Positions 1 to 11,441 of a DNA stretch of 64,000 bases are shown here, in pieces (position 1 is the stretch's first letter; every line of letters starts with the position of its first letter). The position numbers were made by a program, and so were the translations under genes. The stretch is from Octopus sinensis. Taxonomy: Eukaryota. The DNA lies in contig NC_042998.1 in NCBI RefSeq assembly GCF_006345805.1, positions 180,420,001-180,484,000 on the forward strand, read 5' to 3'. A model generated the notes under the pieces. It was given only the letters and a program-made list of their open reading frames with translations. It ran no database searches and was not told the origin of the DNA.

Positions 1-228
1 TCAATACGCTAGAAGTAGATGTCAAATGTCTACAAACCACTCTAGGTTAGTTACTTCTACTGAAGAGTGTCAAGTCATTTTTATTACAAACACGAAATCT
101 TAAGATATAGAGTTATCCGTAATTTTATAAATTTTCTTGTCCCTTCCCCCCGCATTCAGCCTTGTGTTAAAAAGAGAACAAACTTAGAGTTGTTTGTAGA
201 CATTTGGTATCTACTTCTAGCGTATTGA
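1..228. mobile_element. MITE-like element, partial (left end outside window)
   Basis: 1-45 (tcaatacgctagaagtagatgtcaaatgtctacaaaccactctag) is the reverse complement of 184-228 with about 4 mismatches; non-coding interior. Confidence 0.55.
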
Positions 229-2239
229 CGTTGGCCCTCCAGTGCCCTTAATTATAATTTATATTTTTATAATTATATACTTAAAAATATACAAATATGT
301 GTATATGTATATATGTATATGTATATGCATATACATATACATATATGTATATATGTGTTAGTGTTTATATATGCACATTCATGTATACATGCAATTATCC
401 ATATATATACACATACACAAATATTTTATACATAATATACATGCTTAGATGCATACATAATATTCATACATAACATACAAGCATACATACGTACACACCT
501 ATATAAGGTGGGGTTCCGCACACAGAGTCCCTTCATAACTGGAATCTATAGTTGACACTGCAGTGAGATGTACAGTGGGACCAAAAACTTTGCTGGAAGT
601 TGAACGTCTCAACACCACGGCCATCTTTACCACTTTTGCTTTGGGTGTTTTGCCTCATTTCACGTTACTGTGTACTTTCCACTTGCTGTGCAAACTGTGT
701 CTATAACTACGAACAGATGGGCAGGGAATCTGCAAAAAATGTAGAATTGCAATTTCAAATGAAGAGAATTTGTCACCGCATGTTCTCTGTACACTGAAGC
801 CTCATCTGCAAAAACGATGTATTTTAAATCGACAAAACATATCTAACATTTTTCCAAGTCAGAGTTATATGATAGGGATATAATAGATTGGAATGACTCC
901 CGTATATTACCGGTATTATTTGTTTTCAGTTCCAGAAGGATTAAACATAAGTTCGACTCTAGAAAATAGGACAAGATGTTTAGGCACATTCTCTTGACAG
1001 TTACCTCCAAATAATGTACTAAGTTAATAGATGATATATGATAATTACGTACATTTAACAAAATGATAATATAATACAAATAAAATGGATTTAGTGAATA
1101 TAGATTAATAGCAATCTTCTTATTAAATATAATTCAGGAATTTGAAAGAAGATATATAGTCTACTGAAGTGATCCTATTACATACGTTGGTAATTGCTTT
1201 AATAATACAGACACCAGTAGTGTGATAGGGTTAAGACAAGATAAGCAATATCTAAACTGAAAACAGAATTGAAAAGGATCGTGTACAGTACTCTACTGCT
1301 TGTATCTATTAGGTCTTCATACATATGATATAATTCTATATCATATTATTCATAAAATGTAGAACTAAAATTAGTAATACGACAATATTTACCACTTCAG
1401 GAGTTCTTTGATGCATAAACAGATGTTTGAAATAAAAATATATGTGTATACATGTATACAGTATACAAAAATCACATTTATAGCAGAGCTATGATTAGAG
1501 CGGAAAAATCTGAGAAAATCTCTCTGTATTGTTTCGAATGTATATTAAACGTCTATCAAATGTCAATACAGTAAATAATCTGTTGGTTGAGATGCTTTCT
1601 GTAGAAAGTGAATCTCGTAGATTAGCCTTCTTTAGAGAGAAGAGAATACCAATTACTGATATCAACAGATTTTATTACCTGATGTAGTCTATGTAATGAT
1701 ACGACACACTTTACTACTTCACAAAGCATCATGATGGGTCAATATGTTCTCCGTTGCCTGCTAATAGAATTTTATGTGTATCTGAGAGGATGTTTTCGCA
1801 TTTCTCAGCTTGAAAACATATAAAAGGGGCAAGAGAGATCGCCTATGATATTATCTGTCGTGCTGTATTTAGTAAAGCAAATATAGATGAACATGATAAG
1901 TATATGTAGCTGCATTACCTACTACACATCGCACTTTACCAAGTAAAATTGGAAAATACTAAGGAGAATAGGAATAGTAAACCAATAAACTGAATATATT
2001 AGTTCTTCCAAAAAATTTTGATTCATAATTGAATGCCCAGATACAGCCAGCGAAGCTTCACGAGCAACTTGCTAACGCTGACATGTTCGAATGTTGCTGA
2101 GTTCGACTTTATCTTTTCTCGGTGTAGTAACGATTCTGCCAACTCGCTTCCTTCGGCATATTTGTAATATTTGTTTCAACTTTTGTCACAGGGACAGCCC
2201 TTTCTGGGAGAAGGTCAGTCAATTACATCGACTCAGTTC

Positions 2240-2612
2240 TCAAGGTCAAGGTCATCTTTACATTTCATTCTTTCGGTGTCGATAAACTAAGTACCGTTTG
2301 AGCACTGGGGTATATGTAAGGCGGCGAGCTGGCAGAAACGTTAGCACGCCGGGCGAAATACGTAGCCGTATTTCGTCTTTGGTTACGTTCTGAGTTCAAA
2401 TTCCGCCGAGGTCGACCTTGCCTTTCATCCTTTCGGGATCGATTAATTAAGTACCAGTTACGCACTGGGGTCGATGTAATCGACTTAATCCGTTTGTATA
2501 TCCTTGTTTGTCCCCTCTCTGTTTAGCCCCTTGTGCGTAGTAAAGAAATATGTATATGTAATCGACTTATTCCCTTCCACAAAGCTTCTGGCCGTGTGCC
2601 AAAATTTGAAAC
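2240..2612 (+). mobile_element. Older family-A SINE body/tail interrupted by a younger copy
   Basis: Central domain (ttcattctttcggtgtcgataaactaagtacc...gagcactgggg) stops at 2319 and resumes at 2552 (gtatatgtaatcgactta...gtgccaaaatttgaaacc). Confidence 0.65.
2320..2551 (+). mobile_element. Family-A tRNA-derived SINE, full length, 10-bp TSD
   Basis: Head ggcggcgagctggcagaaacgttagc (A-box-like), B box gagttcaaatt, central gcctttcatcctttcggg.tcgat..attaagtacc, tail ...agtaaagaaata. GTATATGTAA at 2310-2319 and 2552-2561. Confidence 0.9.
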
Positions 2613-2631
2613 CATTATCGGAGCTTGTCAA

Positions 2632-2805
2632 GCAAGCTGGCAGAATCGTTAGCACGTCCGTATTCGTGATTTGAGCTCAAATTCCGCCGAAGCTGAAGTT
2701 TCTTTTCATCCTTCCGAGGTCGATAAAATAAGTACTAGTTGAGCGTTGAAGTTGATGTAATCGACTTAACCACTACCCCGAAATTACTGCCAAACTTTGA
2801 GACGA
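2632..2805 (+). mobile_element. Diverged family-A SINE
   Basis: agctggcagaatcgttagcac...tcaaattccgccgaag...tttcatccttccgaggtcgataaaataagtac matches the 2320 copy with decay. Confidence 0.75.
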
Positions 2806-4274
2806 ATATTAGAAGCTTATCATTCTTGGTTGTTATAAAATGTTGTTTCAGCACAGTGAATTGATGGGGAATTGAAACATCCAAAAAGATCTCGCTTGTT
2901 TTACACAACATAATCACAACATAAAAGTGAATATTTTTGCTAACAGGACATTGTATGCCTTCAGCGTCTATCTGGGTATCGGTTTGGTGATTTAGCCATT
3001 GAGCTCCTGTCACTTAGAGTTTTAACTCATTTACCAGAGGAAGAAAAGTAGAAATATAGCTCATATACTTCCGCTGGATATTAGTAAACATTGGAGAAAA
3101 TATTGTAAATTTTTCTCGTGTAAAAGAGTATGCACTTTTTGGATCTCTTTTCACAAGTTTCATATGATTTCATTGCACAATTAACGTGAACGCTTCGTCA
3201 CTATTTTTCTTTTATTTACAACTTAAGGATGACAAATAACAATACGTCCCTGCAGCTTTTAAACACATTGAGCAAACGGTTTGGTTTGCTGCTTTCAACT
3301 ACAAATTAATTTATATGCAGGAGCTAAAAATACTGAACCCTAGATGGAGGAAATGTTATTCTGGAATTCAAAGGCAATCATTTTCTACGTAAAGTGATAG
3401 AAATTGCAGCAATAGATACAAAGGTAGAATGAGCAAAGCTAATTTAATATTGTCGTTGTTTAACGCCCAGAGAGTAACAGCAATGTTATTATCTGAAGAC
3501 AATAGAAACACTGCCATCTAAGGCTGGGGAAGCCAACATCTAATGCCAAACAACTATATAATATACAAAATATTCTCTATTCGCACCCCGTTTCTTAATA
3601 AGTATCAATCATCATACCATACTATTTTTATCTCAAACTACTCTTGTCTCTGTAAAACAGTAGTCTAAAGAGTCATTTTGTGAATATTGCTGGTCAGGTC
3701 ACTGTATTTATATTTTATTTAATTTAAATGTCTGTGTTTAGCAAGAAGGCCACGGAAAACTTCAAAAAGGTATATAAATACACAACCAATAATATTTAAT
3801 AAAACGAGAAAAAATAGAATTAAATATTTTTGCTGTTGTATCTTCTGTTTGCTGTTATGAACTGAAAGATTTTATTAATGGTTGTTTGATCTTTGAAAAT
3901 ACGTTGTATCTTTAACATTGATAGTCTTTTGAAAACTGGTTTTAATATTTTGTTTCGTAGTCTGATATATTTTACTGGAGATCATCTTACAACCGAGTTG
4001 TGATTTCAGAAGTAAACAACATAGCTGACATTGAAACATTTTTTAAAAAATCCAAGTGCCACCCACTCGCTTCCTGCTTGCGTCTGAAAAGTGAAACCGG
4101 TAACGAAAATAGAAATATGATGTTTAATATTAAATTAATTCCAATTCTATCTTTCTGCAACCTATTTTAATGAGTTTGCTATTACTATTGTCTTTGTTAA
4201 TGTTGCTGCTTCTTCTGTTATTGTGGTTGTTTTTGTTGTTGTTGCTGATGCTGCTGCTGTTGTGCTGTTGCTGT

Positions 4275-4528
4275 TGAGCGAACGGTCTTTGTTCCAGAGC
4301 TCACAAGATGGGAGAAGACCGAAAGGTGGTCCTTTGCTATTCGGAAGACCCGCAGAAGAGAAAGCAGGTCAACCCCCGACACTGAGAGCATCGACGGATG
4401 GATGAATGCACATCCTGGCTCAGCGGTTGCGTAGGAAGTCGGGGACAAGAAACAGGAAGAAAGTTGGAGCGAAAGAGCACAACAGGGTTCGCCACCAACC
4501 TCCTGCCGGAGCCCCGTGGAGCTTTAGG
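4275..4528 (-). mobile_element. 3' body of the tRNA-Arg-derived SINE family (family C), head missing
   Basis: The reverse complement of ~4455-4528 aligns with 52647-52714 (cctaagcttcacgcgactccggcagaagg...gccacaacttt). Confidence 0.65.
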
Positions 4529-4975
4529 TATGCTGATGCTGCTGTTACTACTTTAGTTTAACTTAAGGTCAACTCTGATCGAGCATAGCTATGAGAAAAG
4601 TCATTCAAGTCATAACCATTATTCTTTTCGTGGGTCTGCTATACATTTCAAGTGAGGGTGGATGAGTGTATTTTTTAGGCGCATGCATGTGGGTGTGCGG
4701 GCGCGCATGTATAGGTATGAACATGGGTGCTTACGCGAATACTATGAACTTTTTTACCCCCCTTACTTTTACTCCCTCCCTTCACCTAGCGGTCATTCAA
4801 ATAGCTCTTTTATCTTAATAACGGTCAATCACACAGTAACGTGTGATTCTATAACGGTCATTTTTCATAGTATTTTTCCGATGGCCGGATAACTGAAGAG
4901 ATAGCGGCGTGGATTTCCATCTCGGCATCCGAAACTCGGAGTTTTATCATGGCTACCGAATAATTGTCACATTTC

Positions 4976-5014
<39 letters not shown>

Positions 5015-5628
5015 CATGCATTTATATGTATGATGTATGTATGTAGCTATATACATATGTGCGTACGTACGTATATACATACATGCGCAAATATCGTTGG
5101 TTGTATATGTTGGTGGATGTATGCATGTGTTCGTATATATGCCAATAGTTATGTAAATATATATTCCCGTGAGATGTCTAGATGTGTATGCGTCTATATG
5201 TGCATCTTTGCCTGCATGTGTTTTTATTAGAGTTTTTAATTAATAATTTACTTACATTGAAAACAGCTTAATTGATAGATGCGCCAGAACTTTGTATCCT
5301 ACTTACTTATTTTTGCTCTTTATGGCTCCACTGCAACATATAATCCACCCAAATTTATAGAGGGAAAGTACTACGAACTCTGTGACCCCACCACAAAGTA
5401 ATTAATTCTCACTGTGAATTCCTCTTTTCACTCTCCAAATCTAATTTTCCCTCCTGCGACTTTTGATCTGTAGTAAGAATTAGTGGAACGTTTTTAAAAG
5501 TAAACAAAACGGTGAATTCATGTGATAAGTACTTCGAACTGGGTTTCTAAATTCATTCCTTTTAACCCGCTCTCTCTTTATCCCTATATCTCCCTCTCCC
5601 ACTGCGTTTTTTCTTTCTCTATCTCTTT

Positions 5629-5629
<1 letters not shown>

Positions 5630-5660
<31 letters not shown>

Positions 5661-5730
5661 CCCTCGCGTATATTCAAATACACGGAAAGCCCACACAAAT
5701 CACATCACTTACGCACACAATGTACATTCA

Positions 5731-5788
<58 letters not shown>

Positions 5789-5940
5789 ATATCATATAAT
5801 GCATGTATGCATATATATATGTATATATATATATATAATATATATATATATATTATATATATATATATATGTATATGTATATATATACAAGTATGCATGT
5901 ATATATATACATATATATATATAAATACATATATAAATAC

Positions 5941-5988
<48 letters not shown>

Positions 5989-6035
5989 CATATATATAAA
6001 TACATATATATGCATACATACACACACACATATAT
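5630..6035. repeat. Compound (CT)n/(TA)n/(TG)n microsatellite block
   Basis: Direct reading; source of the YI-repeat pseudo-ORFs. Confidence 0.9.
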
Positions 6036-6380
6036 GGCCACAGACTTAGAGCTGAAACTTAGAATAAAAGAATGTGTGTCGTTGTGTGTGTTTCTCTCTG
6101 TGTGTTTGTGTGTGTACTGGATGAGATCCATGATAGTTCAAGAACCATTAAGCTTTTTACACCATCATTACCATCTCAGTAGATATAAATACGCCTGATG
6201 TTATTTTAGAAACTTCTGTTTGTCGAATCAGTAATTTACGGAATATAAACACTAACATTGGTTTTGTTTAGGCCAACGTAAATGTAAATATAGGCACAGA
6301 CATGCGCTCAGACACACTCAGAAACATGCACATACACACACATACACGAATTCTAACTTACATTGACAAATACACACAGT

Positions 6381-6435
<55 letters not shown>

Positions 6436-6438
6436 CAT

Positions 6439-6776
6439 AGGCGTAGAGTGGCTGTGTGGTAAGTAGGTTGCTTACCAGCCACATGGTTTTGGGTTCAGTC
6501 TCACCACGTAGCACCTTGGGCAAGTGTCTTCTACTATAACCTCAGACCGACCAAAGCCTTGTGAGCGGAGTTGGTAGACGGAAACTGAAAGACACCCGTC
6601 GTATATATATATATATATAAGTTACATCCCCGTAACTTAGCAGTTCGGCAAAAGAGACCGATAGAATAAGTACTAGGCTTACAAAGAATAAGTTCTGAGG
6701 TCGATTTGCTCGACTAAAGGAGGTGCTGCAGCATGGCCACTGTCAAATGAATGAAACAAGTAAAAGAGTAAAAGAG
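6439..6776 (+). mobile_element. Family-B tRNA-derived SINE with internal (TA)n
   Basis: Head ggctgtgtggtaagtag...gggttcagtc, then gcaccttgggcaagtgtcttctactata, internal TA run, and 3' arm ccccgtaacttagc...gagaccgatagaataagtactaggc...(gtaaaaga)n. Confidence 0.85.
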
Positions 6777-6781
6777 TATAT

Positions 6782-6813
<32 letters not shown>

Positions 6814-6849
6814 CATACATAAATGCAGTCGCACAAATACACACATTGC

Positions 6850-6985
6850 TCTGTGGTAAGAAGTTTGCTTCTCACCCACATGATTCAGGTTCATGCATAA
6901 CACCTTGGGCAAGTGTCTTCTACTATATGGGTTGACCAAAACCGTTTGATCTGATTTGTTATACAGAAACTGAACAGAAAGATGC
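6850..6985 (+). mobile_element. Degenerate family-B SINE 5' arm
   Basis: tgtggtaagaagtttgcttc...caccttgggcaagtgtcttctactat...gaaactgaa. Confidence 0.6.
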
Positions 6986-7573
6986 AGAAGTGCATATTAT
7001 TGATATGATTGTTGATTATTGTTATATCGACAAAATACTCCTCAGGATCATGAATAACAGGTTACGTCCGTCTTGTTTTGAGCCTTTTGTTACTTTCTTT
7101 CCTGAAATTTCCCTATTGTTTTATATAATGAAATCAAAGACACGAAAGTTTAGATAAGAGACCAGTGAAAGAAGCTTGTGTTTAGAACAACAATCTGGGC
7201 GCTGCCCTCCACGTCTATGTAGTTTTGATCTAAAGAATCAACAACATCATAGTCAGTACTGCCAAAACAGGTGACAGTAGACTACTGATTTCTAGAAGCT
7301 ACATATAGCAACTTCACAGGCTGCCAAAAATTATTGGTTTGGCACAGCTAAAGAAAGCATGGCTTGCATTTGTTTGTGACATTTGAGGACACACAACCAG
7401 GATATCTCGTATGTCGTGACACAAACCGTTTAACTGATTTGAATTCATAGTAAAGACCTCTACGAATGTTCATGCCATTGCTAGAACGACAGCAGCAGAA
7501 ACACCAACAAGAACATCAACAAAAGCAGCAGTCCATAACAGCTGTGAAAACAGTATCTGTGACTACAAAAGGT

Positions 7574-7574
7574 G

Positions 7575-7614
<40 letters not shown>

Positions 7615-7623
7615 TATATATAT

Positions 7624-7680
<57 letters not shown>

Positions 7681-7728
7681 CAGGTAGGTAGGTAGGTAGG
7701 TAGGTAGGTAGGTAGGTAGGTAGGTAGG

Positions 7729-7795
<67 letters not shown>
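7574..7795. repeat. Compound (GATA)n-(GGTA)n-(GATA)n tetranucleotide array
   Basis: Direct reading. Confidence 0.95.
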
Positions 7796-8832
7796 CGAAC
7801 GGAGGGAGGGAGAGGGTGACGGAGGGAGGGAGGGATACAGCGATAGACAGACAGAGCGACAAACGCCTGTAAAAGAAACAGTGGTCAGAAAGACTGTAAC
7901 GACAGCACCAACAGCAAAAACAAGAGCAACTACCATAGGAACAAGATCCCCAACATTATCAGAAACAGAATTCCCTAACCCCAACACAACACTATAAGAC
8001 ATATCACTTACACTTACGTGCGTGAGTAAGGAATATAATTGAAACCTGTCCGAGGAAGGTGGGGGAGAAACAAGACAAAACAAACTTATTCACAGCAAAA
8101 TATTGGGAAATTGGAAAAGAGGACAAAAAAAATCTACATTATAATACACCAACTCGACCACCACAACAACCACTACCACCACCATACTTCAAAGGAGGAT
8201 AAATTTGATGCAGTGCCACTCCGGCATATTCAGTTCCACAAATTGCGTAATTTCACACACTAAATCATTTACATGCAATCTAATTAGAAGTGGAGTGGTA
8301 CAGAAACAATTGTTACAAATACAAAAGTTGTACTAAATTCATTCTTCGTTTTCTTTCTCAGATTTTATACACGCGCGCGCGTGTGATCACGCTTTCTCTT
8401 CAAACAGATATTAGTATGATTGCTCGTTGTAAAAAGGTATAAATAAATCAATGATACGTACTTGCATTATAATTTCCGGAGAAAAGGTCAAAAGCTGTTT
8501 TATATATTTACTTATTTTCCTTATCTTCTGTCTCTCCATACTAGTTGCACGATACATCTAAAATATAGACTTCCCCCGTTAACGGTTGATTTAGAAGACT
8601 CTTACATGTTTTCAAATAAAATATATTTCTTGAAACTGTATATATCACGCAGTTAGATTGTTGAACAATAGCACAAAAATTAGTCAAAATAAAGATATAC
8701 TGCTATTCTGAAAATAGTCTTGATTTTCTTAATTCTGAGTAGCAACATTTAATCTAAATAGGTGCGCACTTAGGTCATATTTGGAATAAGTGTGGTCTTT
8801 CAATAATAATGTACAACGCTCGATTTATATCT

Positions 8833-9067
8833 GTTTCTTTATTACCCACGAGGGGCTAAACATAGAGGGGACAAACAAGGACAGACAAATGGATTAAGTC
8901 GATTACATCGACCCCAGTGCGTAACTGGTACTTATTTTATCGACCCCAAATGGATGAAAGGCAAAGTCGACCTCGGCGGAATTTGAACTCAGAACGCAAC
9001 GACAGACACAATACCGCTAAGCATTTCGCCCGGTGTGCTAACGTTTCTGCCAGCTCGCCGCCTTATG
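8833..9067 (-). mobile_element. Family-A SINE, full length, probable 9-bp TSD
   Basis: Reverse complement of the 2320-2551 family; TTTATATCT at 8824-8832 and 9068-9076. Confidence 0.9.
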
Positions 9068-9073
9068 TTTATA

Positions 9074-9887
9074 TCTATATATACAAAACTCAACTTGTGT
9101 GTATCTGTGTATTTAACTTCCGGCACATCTCCTCCTAGCCAACAAAGCGTAGAACCACCAAAGATGGGTCACTTAAAGTTTAGGCGAATGAAAATTGAAC
9201 TGCACTATTTATGTTCCGAAATTCATCTCGCAAGTGCAAAAATCGATAATGTGTTTGTTTAGGCCTTATCTCATGCATTGAATAGGGAACTTTACTCAGT
9301 CAGCTGTTTGATGTGAACTGTGTTCACCACGCGTGCAAGCATGCGTAAATTGCATGAAAAATAAAAAATTAAGATATAAAAACGAATCGCCGTAAACATT
9401 GTAGAAATTCGGCAAAGAAAAGAATTTTCGGGACGTAGCCTGGAGGGTTTTTTCGTATTAATCGTTTGGACTTTGTGAACACATACCGATTGTTTTCATA
9501 GCATTTTTAATGCTTTGATTTAAATGTGACCATTTTGCGTTGAGTCTGCAGTTTGAATCACTTTAACCAAATTTTAGCGGGCCGGATTTTTGATCATCAC
9601 GATACATCGCCAGCGACTCCCTGAAACTCTCCCCTGAAATCCCCGTTGAGAAATACTGATCTAAAAGAATAATTCAACAATGCAATTATTTGATCAACAA
9701 AAATTTATGAAACGCTTTTACGTACTTCCTATTGAGGAAATGGAACACATAAGCGCAAAAATAGAGGGCATTAAATGCTCGATTTTAAAACCAAAATAAT
9801 TGAATTTTTAATTGAACTTCATCCAAATTTAGCTTATTTCGCGCGTGCATAGAACGTAAGAGCGCACGAGCCGGGCAATACTGCTAG
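9074..9887 (+). mobile_element. Non-autonomous Helitron-like element (termini identified; interior may be composite)
   Basis: 5' A|TCTATATATACAAAAC...gtgtgtatctgtgt; 3' gccgggcaatactgCTAG|T, matching the 3' ends at 26110 and 52153. The A/T insertion site and lack of TSD fit Helitrons. Confidence 0.65.
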
Positions 9888-10904
9888 TTTGTGAATATAT
9901 TTGTTCATGTGTATGCATACTTACGTATATCTGTGAGTCTGAGTTGTGCGTGTGTATGCATGTGTATGTGTGTCTGGTGTGTCTGTGTAGTGTGAGTCTG
10001 AGTGTGGATATATGTGTGTGTGAAACTTATAATATGTATATAGAAGATTTCCTCGTCAATTTCGATGTAGGAAGGTCCAACAGCTACATATTACAAGTCG
10101 CACAGAACTAATTATATTTTCTCTTATGGTAGTTTGCGCAGGAACATCCACGTGTTTTAGAAATCGTAATAGAAGAAATTTGGTGAAAATGCTTACCACA
10201 AATGCAGCAAATAACACACCTTAAGCTTTTCTATGAGATCTTCATCTTCTTGGTTTATCTGCCTTCGCTGTAGCTTACGATGCAACCCATTCTGGTCAAC
10301 TAAAACCGCACCAGGGTACCAAACAAGCAAATTCGAATTGCTCGTGCTTTATGTATCAATGTAAACGAGAATTTATTCTCATTGCGCGGCATCTACAATA
10401 TACCTCTGCTTCAAAAGGTGCAGTACGTCAGACACTGTGACACGCTGATCCTAAATGAGAATTACGTTAAAGGTACACGGTGTCTTTCGAAATATCAACC
10501 ACTAATACGTTAACTGAGGAGCGCATAATTCATTCGAAACAACTGAATATTCCCTGGCAAACCCATTGCCACCATCACACACATACACACGTACACACAC
10601 ACACACACAAACATACACACACATATAATTGCGTCAGCTCTCTCGTGATTACTATTGGTAACATGGAATCCAGTAAAATCTGTTGCATGATGTGGTCGTC
10701 GGTGACTCAACTAGTACACCACCCCCATTAAGTTTCCCTGGTGAGAAGGGTTGCTATAAATCCTGCAGGACAAAAACAAGATTCGTAAAAAGAATGGATG
10801 AACCTAGAGTTGGTTCAACGAGTATCTAGCAATAGCACGGACCCTCAGGAATGTCGGCTTGGTGTCCAGCATGCTGGAAGACTCTGGGAGTGAGACTTCC
10901 CTCA

Positions 10905-11288
10905 GCTTTTGTTAAAGCATGTCTCTAGGATATGGTCGTTCTGATATAAAGCCGAATATGCAGTGAATGGCATTGAGCATTTGGGAGATCTTTTGCTTGT
11001 GCATGAGATCATGGCGCTTCTACATTCCTGAAATTGCAATCTATATTGGCACCGAACCACGTCACTAGGGGGTAGATAATCTTTAAGGTCTTCTGCAAGC
11101 AATATTTGATATAGAATTTTAGGCAAAAGAAACTCGATCGAGTAGGAGGGCACCAGGCAGAAGAAGGAAGCTTGCGGGCACGAGCCTGGGTGAAACGGCC
11201 ACGGGTGGAATAACCTCATGCACGAGCGTTGCTGACATTTTGCATGGGCAACGGTCAGCGATGGTCTTCCTCGGTTACAAGTGAGCAA
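10905..11288 (-). mobile_element. Possible heavily decayed LINE (RTE-like) C-terminal fragment
   Basis: GC-richer island. Minus-strand frames give AWCPPTRSSFFCLKFYIKYCLQKTLKII and HCIFGFISERPYPRDML, only weakly like the RTE C-terminus. Confidence 0.2.
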
Positions 11289-11332
11289 CCATCATATATA
11301 ATATATATATATATATATTATATATATATATA

Positions 11333-11364
<32 letters not shown>

Positions 11365-11406
11365 TATATATAATTTATGTATTATATGCACATACATTTA
11401 CTGATG

Positions 11407-11441
<35 letters not shown>

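Noticed and set aside
1480-1900. Possible decayed DNA-transposon coding sequence (also 7050-7420)
   Set aside because: Only vague resemblance; no ordered motif series to support a call.
7481-8083. 200-aa minus ORF and a Thr-rich mucin-like plus-strand reading
   Set aside because: It spans a GATA array and decayed (ACA/GCA)n-type repeats; the Thr-rich reading needs a frameshift and has stops; no splice signals.
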